Assembly: GCA_013265495.1 (NCBI GenBank)
Contig: MU058065.1
Span: forward strand, 8,308,302-8,372,301
Length of the DNA: 64,000 nt
Reading direction: 5' to 3'
Source of the DNA: Vicugna vicugna
Taxonomy: Eukaryota
The notes beneath the pieces are model-generated. The model saw nothing but the letters and a program-made list of their open reading frames with translations, had not been told where the DNA came from and did no database searches. This document shows, one piece after another, positions 14,167 to 25,400 of the stretch (positions are counted from its first letter, which is position 1; each line of letters begins with the position of its first letter). A program made the translations under genes and the position numbers.

Positions 14167-14429
14167 ACATGTGCTTTTAAAATCTTCACGTGCCACCTGA
14201 TGTCACCTGCCATTGCTCCCTCAGAACTACTTGTGGAGAAGCTACAGCAGCTCTACAATCAGGTGTAGGGAGGCTGTAACTTTTACTCTTTAACATTTGA
14301 TATTAGTCAGTTTTTCCAAATGCATAAACATGATACACTAGACATAAAATAATTGAAGAAGTCACAAAGGAATTGATTTTACTACTTTAAAACCGTTTTA
14401 ATGAGCCTAAAATTCCAACCTTACTAATA

Positions 14430-15000
14430 ATTGAGGGAATGCAACTTAAAAGAGCAATTAGATACCGCTTACCTCTAAAAACCATGGGAAAGTCACAAAA
14501 GAGGAACCAATTTCACTCCATTTAAAAATTATTTTGTTAAACCCAAAAAAGTCAACTTTACCAGTAATCAAAGGATACAACTTTTAACCACAATTAGATA
14601 CCATTTGCCCCTAAAAATTCATTGCAGTGTAGGAAATTATAATATGTAATGCTGAGCAGAATGCAGTAAGATAAGTGCTTACACACTATGGATGGGAAAA
14701 TAAATGGAGATGATGTTTCTGGAATGGGATTTGCCAGAAAGAAGGAAGACTCTTACAAATGTCCATATTCCACTGGCCCCTAATCTTACTTCTGGAAATT
14801 TCCACTAAAAATACTCATGTGGTTGTTTATTAAAATAAAAATGTGAGAAAAAACTTAGTGTTTGACAATTAGGACATGAAAAAATTTGAGGTTCAGCCAC
14901 AATATGGATTATTATGGAATCATTACTAATAATATTTGTGAAGATTAATCAATGACATAGGATATATACCTGAATCTAGTAAGTATCCAGAGTTTGATTT
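14430..15000 (+). mobile_element. Old degenerate L1 3' region
   Basis: caattagataccatttg..., taatcttacttctggaaattt. Confidence 0.55.
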
Positions 15001-16209
15001 CAAATTTTATTTTTAAATTATATTTATATTTTTAAAGGAAAAGGATTAGGATCTTAGGAAGACCACCTTAGATGGTTTGAGTCATGTGACCTATTCCTGA
15101 ACCAATCACTGTGCCCAGGGTAGTCCATTGACTAATTAGACTGGTTATATGTACACACCTAAACTCAGGTGTGGTAGAGGAAAGTAAGCCTTACGTGGCC
15201 CTTCTGGGTTGAGCAGAGTATGTAAAGGAAAGTGTCCTATGTCCAATTCTCTCCTATTTTAAAAATATTTTGGAAAAAGGAATGTATCAGCTGCCATAGA
15301 AACCTATTTTATGTCCATACCATTTGGTAATTCTACCTCTCTTCTGGTTTGAATTCCTTCTACTATCATTTACATACTTCTGTGCCTTCTTCAGGGTAGA
15401 TTTAGATCAAAACCTCTTCTTTCACAGACACACTGTGAGGCTTAATTAGGTTTTCCAGAAACCATCTGTAAAGTGCATGGGATCTTCAGAACCAGATGCT
15501 TTGTAAAGATATGTTGCCATTAGAATCAACCCTTCATTTTTTCTGCTTATGAGGGACAGGAGGAGGACAGACGGGAAGACAGGAAATGGAAGTCTACAAT
15601 AGTCTCGAGGCTGCATTTTGACCATGATTACTATCCTCTTTCCTCTCCAAATACTTTGCCTCTGCCATTCACAAGGAGCAAACATGAAGAGCAACCATGA
15701 CAGGTTTGCATGTCCACATCCTTCTCCGAGAAAGTAGTCAGAGAAGCTGGGAACAGGAGACAGGGAGTGGCAAAGCAGGTTGTATAATCTAGACCAAATC
15801 AGAAGTGGTGCCCTGAGGATTAGCAGCTGACTGTGCTGAGAGCTTTCCTTTTTTAGCTCGGGTTAATGAGCTATGAATGATATATAACTGTCTGGGCAGC
15901 CTGCAAACGTCACAGTCTGGGCTCCTTTGTCAACCTGCAAGATTCCTTTCTGGGGACTGTCAGGGACAAAGAGTGGGAAGCACAGTGCTTAGTGGGAAAG
16001 TAGAATGCAGTTTCAGGCAACAAAGGGTGGCCCTGGCTCACAAGCCACGCCTTAGGCAGGACCAGGTACACCGGAGGGCTCCCCTGTCCGGTCTGTTTAC
16101 CGAGCTTACAAGGAGGGGGCCAGTCGTTGGCCCTCAGGAAACCAGTTTCCATGGTTGTTCTAAGGCGCAAGATCTGGAGTCCAGGGTAGGAGCTCCATGG
16201 GCCTGAATT

Positions 16210-16910
16210 TTTTTTCCTAAAAATTTTTTCTCCCAACTTTGACTTTAAAAGCGTTCAAACGTATACAAAATTTGAAAGGATAGTAACACGAAAACTCATA
16301 AATTCTTTACCCAGATTCACCATTTTGACACATTGTGTGTTTTCTCTATTTCTAGATAAATAGATAGGTAGACAGGCAGATAGAGATATATATAGATATA
16401 TATTTAGATATATGTGTCATAGACGGAGAGAGACACATATATATATACACTATATATATATATCTAGTATACATTTACTTATATACATACATTCATATGT
16501 ATACATACGTACATATTTTATATACATCTGTCTATACAACGGTCTAGCCAGCTAGCTAGCTATCAAAAATTTTTCTCTAAACCATTTGAGAGTAACTTGC
16601 ACACTTCATGATCCCCCTAAATATTTCTTTACGAACCTAAGGACAAACATATTTTCCTATATAAGAACAATACAATGATCACACCTGGGAGATTAGAAAT
16701 GACACAACGCTAAAAGCTATACAATTTATATTCAAATATCCCTGATTGTCCCCATAAACTGATTTTTTTTCTATCCAGCTCCCCTACCTGTCTATCATTC
16801 AGAATATTGACATTTTTGAAGAGTGAGGAGACCAGGACAGGTGTTTACTTGTAGACTGTCCCTTAATTTGGATTTGTTTAATCATTTTCTCATGATCAGA
16901 TTCAAGTTCA
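16210..16910 (-). mobile_element. L1MC-like 3' UTR with a (TA/GATA)n low-complexity tract at 16350-16530
   Basis: aaccatttgagagtaacttgcacac, tttactcgt-like flank, tgtcccttaatttggatttg. Confidence 0.6.
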
Positions 16911-18518
16911 ATGCATACACTCTTAGCTGTGTGACCTTTAGCAAGTTACTCAATGACGCAGAATCTCAAATTACTGATAATATTACATGCCTCATAGGGT
17001 CTTTGTGAGAAACAAAAGAGTGAATAGCTAAAGTTTCAGCATAAGAACTGACCAAAATCAACACCTAAAAACTGTCAGCTCTGTGATTAGCACCATCACT
17101 GACATCACCAGCCAGAGCCTGATAGCACTTTTCCCAAAGAGGTTTTCATTTCCCTGGGAAACTTTCAGAGCCCCTAACCCCATTTTCCTCACCTGCAGAT
17201 GAGGACTAAGTCTTCCTCTGAATAGCTTACTGAGCTATTGTGAGAATCAAATATGAGACATGATCAACGGCACAGTGCAAATTGGTAAGCAACATGAAAA
17301 CATAAGGAAGCATCATTATTGTTTTCTGTGTTTGCATACTTTTAAATTACCCTCTTATGTAACAGAAGAAACCAAAGTGGAAGAATAAAATTAAGTTAAC
17401 ATCTAAAAAAAATCTAATTCTTGTGTTTAACATTTTTTATCAGCAGAACTTTATTTTCAAATGAATTCCATGGACCCCCAATATATAAAGCAGATGAAAA
17501 TAGAATTACTCTGAATGAAGTTTGGGTGGAGAAGGAGGACCCGAGGGCCTTGGGTCATCCCTGCAGAGACACCAGGCTCTGAAGATAGGCCCCAGAGGCT
17601 ATGATGGTTATAGCCTGCTCAGAGTTGCCTCAGTTTCCCCAGTGGTATCTGCTCACACAGCCAGGCTGTCACTTATTTTCTCCTTCTTATTCCTGGTTCA
17701 TTTCTGCTGAGGAGTTGTAATATCTATAGGCCCCAATGATGGTTTACTCAGTTCATTATTAATCATCATTAGTTGCTTATAAACATCCTTCTCTGGAAAG
17801 AGTGCTAAATGCCTCGCACTCAGAGACAGACACTGACAGATCACATAATGAAGGCACCCGTGATGTCAGACAGTGCAGTTACCACCAGGAGCCTCCCAGC
17901 CTAAGTGTCACCTGCACCCTGCATCTTCATGCTTCACACCCTGAGCTGGAGGCTGAATGCTGCTGTTGCTCCACCTTGTCTGCTAGTAAGTGGCAGGGCT
18001 TGGATTTGAACCCAGGGAGTCTAGCTCCAAGAACTGGGTTCTCAACAACTGTTCAAGCTGGACAGGGGTTAGTTACTAGCTGCAATTTTCAGACAAGGAA
18101 ACCGAGAGGTTCAGAGGGGTTGGGTGACCTGCCTGGGATCACATGGCATTCATTATAGAAAAATATGCTGGGGTCATGCTGGCTGAGACAAGAGGTCAAC
18201 ACTTGGTCTATGAAATAAAAGTGGACTTCTCTCCCACTGGGCATATTCAGGACTAGATCAGCACAATAGGATCTGCCAAAATAGAGCAGGTATGACAGTG
18301 CTTAAAGTCCAGAGAAGTCAAGACTAGGGTAGTTAGAAGACATGGCATAGCAACTAGGGCCAGACATACTTATTATGGATAAACTCCTAGGGTGGAGAAA
18401 AGGAGAAATCCTAGTGGAGCCTCTTTTGAGAGCTTGTGATCCCCATTTTTTTGTCAGTCTAAAACTCCAGACTTGCAAGGTCCAGAACTGCAGTTAACCA
18501 TTAAGAGCTTAAGCCATA

Positions 18519-18634
18519 GTGTGCACTTTGGCAGCACACATACTGACATGGGAGCAGTGCAGAGATGCTCAGCATGGCCCCTGCACAAGGACGACATGCA
18601 AATTTGTGAGATTTGTGAGGCATTCTATATTTTT
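18519..18634 (+). pseudogene. Full-length U6 snRNA retrocopy (5' part of a U6/L1 chimera)
   Basis: Colinear with U6 from GTG... to ...ATATTTTT (gcagcacacatact, cagaga, agcatggcccctgcacaaggacgac). Hand alignment to the U6 sequence as recalled gives about 22 substitutions in 107 nt plus a 9-bp duplication. The ACAGAGA box is mutated to GCAGAGA. Confidence 0.93.
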
Positions 18635-18714
18635 AAACATTATGCTGTATGCCAGAAATTGACACAACATTTTTGTAAACTGACTATACTTTAGTAAACA
18701 AAAAAAGAGAGAGA
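18635..18714 (+). mobile_element. Extreme 3' end of L1 plus A-rich tail, fused to the U6 copy
   Basis: tatgctgtatgccagaaattgacacaacat..tgtaaactgactatact matches the L1 termini in this same window at about 34482-34530 (+) and 14117-14166 (-). Confidence 0.88.
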
Positions 18715-19517
18715 AATAGTTTGAGCCATATTTGGAAAACGATCTTCTGACTCTGATCAAGCCTGGAGCTCTGGGAAGTACTACATGTGGGAGGGACTTC
18801 TGAAGGAGAAGGGTCAGATGCGCTGAGAGGATGGCAGCTGGGGGTCTAGAACTTCCATTAGGCCAGTGAGGAAGACATTGCTGCCTTTGGTCCCTCTTCC
18901 TCAAGTGGCCATACTTCTTACTGAGACATGTATGTGAGTTGTTCATAGCAACCCTCAACTAGAAACAATCCAAGTCTTCATCCACAGTAGAGTGAATGGT
19001 GCATGATGATACAGTCATGCACTGCAACATTCTACAGCAATGAAAATGTTCAAATTTGCATGAAACAACTCAAACCCATTGGTAATTGTGTTCTGCCAGG
19101 TCCCCATCAAGGGCTGGCATGAGGTGTGGGCAAACCAGCTGCTTGGCCAGGAGGACACCAGGTAGAAGCTGAGCCAGGCTGAAGTCAGGGGAGAATGGAG
19201 TCTGTCAGGAAGCATTCCTCCTCTGAGCCTGCAGAGGAAGGCTGGCAGGCAGAACCTGGTTAGGGCCAGAGTCAGGGCAGAATCATGAAAGGGTGTGAGA
19301 GGACTGGTTCAGTTAACAAATTGGGACAAACCAGGAAGACCTTGGCACCTGAGGGGTACAGCAGAGTAGGCAGAGCAACATGCTCTTGCCGTTGGCCAGA
19401 CAGGTTGGTTCAGACAAGCCAAGCCCTTTGCCTAGAGTACCTAGGGGGCATGGAGCGGGGGATGCTTGCTTTTAAAAACAGATGTGACCTTTGATAGTAT
19501 GTCTAGGTAAAGCTTCT

Positions 19518-19908
19518 GTCTTAGTCCATCTGGGATACCATAACAGAATATCAGAGACAGAGTGACTTATAAACAGCAGATGTTTATTTCTCTTACAGTC
19601 CTGGAGGCCGGGAAGTCCAAGATCAAGGTACTAGCAGATTTAGCGTCTAGTGACAACCTGCTTCCTGATTCACAGATGACTGACTACTTGCTGTGTCCCT
19701 GCATGGTGGAAGGGGCAAGGGAGTGCTCTGGGGTCTCTTTTCTAACAGCACTAATCCCATTCATGAGGGGTCCCACCCTCCTGACCCAATCACCTCCTAA
19801 TAGCAGGATTTCAACATATGAAGATAAGGATATGATTATATGATTAGGAACATGTGATCAGGATTTCAACATGTGACTAGGGGAGACACAAGCATTCAGT
19901 CTGTAGCA
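19518..19908 (-). mobile_element. MaLR solo LTR (MLT1A-like)
   Basis: TG...CA termini; tttatttctcttacagtcctggaggccgggaagtccaagatcaagg; cactaatcccattcatgaggg. Confidence 0.85.
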
Positions 19909-20274
19909 ACTTTCAACTTGTAGAGACCCAAACTTTAAACCAACTCCTATTTAAGTTGCAGGCCACCTGTATGTCATCTCCGTGAGACAGAAAAGCTCTG
20001 AGTGTCAATCAGCAAAATCTTTGGTCTCACATGGGTCCTGGGGTCGGTGTGGCCATGTAGGTTGTGATTGCATAATCCCAAGGCCCCTGCTCATGTTGCA
20101 GACAATGGGAATGGCACCCTCTGGAGCTGGACAGTGCACAACCTGCACAGAGACGTGCTGCAGCCCTGCCTGGATAATAAAATTCTCCCCCACACGGCCT
20201 CCTCCTTCCTCCCTCACTGTCCCCCCTCACTCTGCACTGCAACCACACTGGCTTTCTTCCAATCCCTCAAGTTT

Positions 20275-20790
20275 GCCTCGGTGGATTAAAGGTGACCACA
20301 AATTCTTGAACACTCTCGTTAAGAGGTGGAGTCCATGTTCCCTCCTCTTGAATCTAGGAGGGCTTTGTGACCACTTTGGCCAACAGAATGCAGTAGAAGT
20401 GATGCTGGGCTGGTTTTCTGGTCCAGACCTTACGAAACTAGCAGTTTCTAATTCCTGTCTCTTGGAACACCCTCTGGGAGCCTTGAGCCACCATGTGAGA
20501 ATTGCAACCACTCGGACACCACCATGCTGGAGTGGCCACGTGCAGGCTCACAGTCTCTGCTGAGTCCAGCCCCCAGTCAGCCTCACGTGGCCCCAGACAT
20601 GTGAGTGAAGCCATCCTGGACCCTCCAGACTAGCCCATCTGTCAGTTGAATACCACCGAGTGGCCTTGGTTGATGCCACATGGAGAAGAAGTGCCCAGTC
20701 AAGCACTGTCCTTATTTCTGACCCAGAAAATGGTGAGATTAGTAAAAACGGTGGTGGCTTATGCCACCAAGCGCTGGGGTGGGGTACAAG
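20275..20790 (+). mobile_element. MaLR LTR (MLT1F/G-like) nested in an L2
   Basis: aagaggtggagtccatgttccctcctcttgaatct...ttggccaacagaatgcagtagaagtgatgct...ccagacatgtgagtgaagccatc. L2 text lies on both sides and ends in (gaat)n at about 21108-21135. Confidence 0.8.
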
Positions 20791-21663
20791 GCAGGAACTG
20801 ACATCGAGCATTCTTGCCGCGCTCTCTCCTGCCACAGGACCCTGGATTTGCCCTCCCCTCGGCATCTAGTTAGTGCCTGTCTTTCAGCCCTCAGCCCATG
20901 TATGGTGCCCTCAGGGCAGGTCACCGAGTCCTCTTTTTTCAGATCTTGTCAAAGCAGCACTTTTACATTTGTTTATCTGATTTTTTCACAGAGGTTTGTC
21001 TCTCCTGCTAGACCATAAACAGGGACCAGTGTCTGTTTTATTTGCCACCATGTCCCCACGCATCTTGTACGGCACATGGCACATAATATGCATCAACCAG
21101 TATTTCATGAATGAATGAATGAATGAATGAATGAATACATGGAAGTGTGGTTCTCTTCCGATACTCTGCTCAACAAATGGTCTAAACCTGCTTTCCGTAG
21201 AGCTGTCACAGCAGCCCCTGTGCCCTGTGAGGACCTGGAAACTCCCACTCATGTCAATTAACACAGCTTCCCTTTTATTTGGTTTAAATATTGGCATTCC
21301 TCATAGGATACATTTGAAGAAAAGGTTCCAGCTCCCTAAAAAAAAACAGGTTTAAAAACCACTGCCCTAGCCCTTGCCCTTCCTGCCAGCTATCCCTTGC
21401 TTCCTCCCATCTTCTCTTCCCTTCTTTCCTCACAGAAACTTCCACAGAACTAATGCCTGATAAAGGTTTAAAAATAGAAGCCCCTCGCCCTCCCTCTCTC
21501 CCTCCATTTCCTTTCCTTCCCATCCCCCTGTAATTTGTTGTAAAAAAGGAAACCAGCTCGATGTGCTCCACTGAAAAGGCTCGCTCTTCCTGAAGAAACA
21601 GCATGCTGATGTATCCCTCCAGCCCGGTGGTCAGGCTCCTGTGAGTCACTGTGAGCAGCACGT

Positions 21664-21692
21664 GCACACACACACACACACACACATGCACA
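21664..21692. repeat. (CA)n microsatellite
   Basis: Visible CA run. Confidence 0.9.
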
Positions 21693-22029
21693 CCCCACGT
21701 GGCCACCTCACTCAGGTTTCCAGCGGGAACCTGCATGCACACATTGAAGTGACCCTCTGTGAATCCACCTCAGGTGCTGCCAATAGGCATTCCTCCCAGG
21801 GGGTCCCCTGGGACGGCTGTGGCCCCCACCTACCCAAAAGTGGGGGGGGGGGAGGCCTGGAGTCAGATGGCAGTTTGGGTGCTTTGTCAGCAGCACAAGG
21901 GGTGTGTATATGACAGAGACAGTAAGAGAGACAGAGACAGAGAGAGAACAGGAAGTAGGTAAGAACAGCCCAAAAGGCGTCATGAGGTATGTGTGCAGCT
22001 GGCTGACATCATGTCATTATGAAGACAGA

Positions 22030-22162
22030 GGAGAGGGCATAGCTCAGCGGTAGAGCGCATGCTTAGCATGCATGAGGTCCTGGGTTCAATCCCCAGCACC
22101 TCCATTAAAATAAATAAATAAATCGAATTACCCACCCAACCCCCCAAAAGAGAGAGAGAGAG
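22030..22162 (+). mobile_element. tRNA-Ala(AGC)-derived SINE (camelid Vic-1-like)
   Basis: tRNA-like head at 22033-22104 with A box (tagctcagcgg) and B box (ggttcaatcc), followed by a (taaa)n linker, a C-rich segment and an A/(ag)n tail. Confidence 0.88.
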
Positions 22163-22164
22163 AC

Positions 22165-22400
22165 ACTGTGGTATAGTAGGAAGAAAAAATTAAAAGCTCT
22201 TAACATTCAAAGCTTAATGTTCAATTCCCAGGTGCATCACATAGCGGCTGTATCTGCATGACGCTGGGCAAATGGCCTCACTACTCTTAGCCTCTGTTTG
22301 CTCATCTGTAAAAGGGGATAATAATACTCACCTCTCAGCACTGTTGAAAGCTTAAAGGAGATTGTGTTTATTTGATGCCCATGTGCACTAGGCAGTTAAA
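22165..22400 (+). mobile_element. MIR SINE directly after the tRNA-derived SINE
   Basis: gcctctgtttgctcatctgtaaaaggggataataatac. Confidence 0.7.
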
Positions 22401-25400
22401 GTACTCTTGCTCATGTGTGTCAGGACAGCTTCACTCATGGTATTTAGGAACACTCACTACAAGAAAATGGAGAACGGCTAAAAAACTGGCTTCTGTATAA
22501 TTTATAATTTATTAAAACCTGGCAGAACATTCACAGCTTCTTAACAAAATTCAGATCTACAAACTTTGATCCAGAAAAAAATAAAATTTGGAAGGATTAT
22601 AAAGGCCACAGAATAAAATTTTCAACGACAGAAGCTATAATTAGTGAATTTTAATATGGACCAAAAACAGATCAACTAATCAAATGGTTAACACATATTT
22701 TACTTACAAGATGATTTATCCCAATGAAAAATTTCAATAACATTAAATGAAAAATAGAAAAAAAGAAACAGTTTAACTGCTCTATATTAAAAAAGATTGA
22801 TCAAAAATTAAATTGGCTTAATGGAGGTTTCTTTGGAAAATACATTTTCAAAGAATTTAGCAATGCATGTATATCTCCTATTAAAACTTTGCATTTATGA
22901 ATACAGAATCAAAATGTCCTTGGGGTCCAAATGGTGAAATCAAAACAACCTTTACCGTGATCATAATGTTTAGGTGAAAGGAGAGTGGGATGCAGTTCGG
23001 TAGATGTGTTGGGATGTCCTGATAAGAAAGGAGAGTACTTAGATACAGAGGATGCTGGGATAAGATGCGCATGGTCCCTCTGCCTCCTTATCCTGGAGAA
23101 TTTACACTGTGTCATGCCTCTGAAGGACTTGGGCAAAAGGAAAAGGGATGAGTTTAGGGAGATGGTCGGCGATGTCCAGCTCCTGATTCCTTCCACGTGA
23201 TTGGATCATCTAGGAAAGCCCCCAGCACAAGTTGCTTAGTTTCCACGTAAGTCTATGATAACTCTGGGTTGAGAGGTGGTAAGCCAAATATTCAGGGAAT
23301 AGAGCTCTTTCCCATTGAGTCTGAGTCTATATATGTGGATGTTTGCTGGTTTGGCTGGGGCCATAAAAAGCCTGCTCACCCATTCCTTGGTGAGTCTTGT
23401 AGCCCCCACTAAGCTCCCTAGTTGGGTTATTTCAGTTTACATTCCTCTCTCCTTCTCTGCCTCTCCTCCATTCTTTGTCCCTCTGGCATTTTTGTCTGAG
23501 AGTTAGAGCCAAGGCAAGAAAGGTGATGCTCGTGGTGAACAGGGATAGGGCTTTACTCCAGAAGAGGGAAGCGGACCGGTGATGGGGGAAATCATTGCAG
23601 AGGTGACGGAAAAGGCACCATGACCACGTGAACATTCAGACAAGCCCATAGTGTACAATCTTGAACTTACATCTGCCTATCTTCTCTTCTGGCTCCACAT
23701 GCATACTATTCTTACTAGTACAGATGGCACATGGCCAGACAGCTTGATCACCTTCCAGTCCTTCGTAATGCCTCTTTATCATGGCTTGCACACAGCGCTG
23801 CCCTCTTGCAACTTGCAGTTTACTGTTTATCATTCCTCCAGCAAGCACTCATTGATTGGAGCTATTCAAAACGCAGTGGGTAGCCATCATGGGTGAGATA
23901 GTGAGAACCCTGTCACTGAGAGCTTGGTGAATTAGACGTGGCACACATGGCATTCTTGCTTGCTGAGTTGAATGGTTTCCATGGAGTCTGTGAGTGATTT
24001 ACACACTATTCTAGAGTCTAAGACAGACTTGGCTGGTGGGGATTTAAAAAATAAAGACAAAGACAACAGAATAGAAACAAAAATAAATGATACTTACCTT
24101 ACATAATGTACATGTCAGGAGTAACTTATCTCTTCTGTCAGATGAGGGTTCAGGGAAAGAGGAGGAAAGGGGCGATTAAATGTAAGGAGAATTTTGCTCT
24201 CCCTGCTCCCCACTATTGTCCCCACCTTGCCTTGGACAGTGGAGACAGAACAGGTTCTGTCTCCACGGACCCTGCCAATCTATGGCAGATGCAAGAAAAG
24301 TGAGAAAAATCGTCCCTTGAAGGGTGAGTTGATTCGTGCGAACACTTACTTCTTTAAGTGGCTGTCCTACTAATTTCCCAAACATCAGCGGTCCAAGGTG
24401 AGACCGACTAGCCATTGGAGCCTGGACACCCAGCAGTGATCTGGGGGCCAGGTTTCGAGGGGGAAAGGGCTATTGCCAGTAGTTTGTTCTATCGTCTAAA
24501 ATCATGGATCAATGCCATGTTCTTCAGGCTCTTTTTCCCAAAGGTCAAGGACTTCAGTCTGCTTCTTATGAACATGAAGCTCTCACTACTTCAGAGAGGA
24601 TTCTGTGCATTGGTCACTTCTTTAATTCTGATTATTTTCATTCCTGTGTTCTGAGTTTAAACGAGAAAGATGTCTTATTCCCCAATGAAGAGATAATAGG
24701 TATGATTAGGGGGAGGGAGCAGTGAGAGTAGAAATAATGTGTGTGTTGGGGGGAGTAAAAATTAGAAGCTTGCCTTCGTATCTTTATAAATTATAAAATT
24801 CCACTTTCAATAGTCACCTTCAATGCATCTCCCCTCCCATAAATGAATTTGTAATAAACTTTCAATAGAAATTTGATAATAAAAATCAAAATGCACAATA
24901 AAACTGTTTAGTAGTTATAAATGATGCTTTATTGCTTTACATTTTGAAGCATTCATGTAGTACAGTTTCTTTGAAAATTCTGAATTTCTACCAAGCTTTT
25001 GTCTCACAAAATAATTTTCTGAAAGCATTGATTTTGCTTGTGTATTTTTTGTTTTTTCTGTTTTGCTTTTCATCAACAAGTTCATTATATCACTAGGGCG
25101 ACAGAGAATGGGTAGGTCAATGACCAGCTCCACCCTCTCCACTAAAAGTAGTCATAAAAACACATTTATTGAGCCTCTGCATTATTCTAAGCTCTTTACA
25201 TCGAATCATTTTTTCCAATAGCCCTGTTAGATAAGAACTACTATTGCCCTCATTTTATTGATGAAGAAACTAAGGGTACAGGGAGGTTAAATAACTTGTC
25301 CAGCAGTCTCCAAAGCCCACACCACACACCATTGTACATTTACACTAACAAACTCACACTGTTTTGTTTCTCGTAGTCACATCCACTGACCTACACCTGT

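Noticed and set aside
18519..18634. Functional U6 snRNA gene
   Set aside because: About 20% diverged, ACAGAGA box mutated, internal duplication, retroposition hallmarks, and no evident upstream PSE/TATA.
19982..20563. 193-aa ORF
   Set aside because: Runs across L2 and MLT1 LTR sequence; no recognisable domain.
22033..22104. Functional tRNA-Ala(AGC) gene
   Set aside because: The acceptor stem is mispaired, there is no poly-T terminator, a SINE tail follows and a second diverged copy is in the window.
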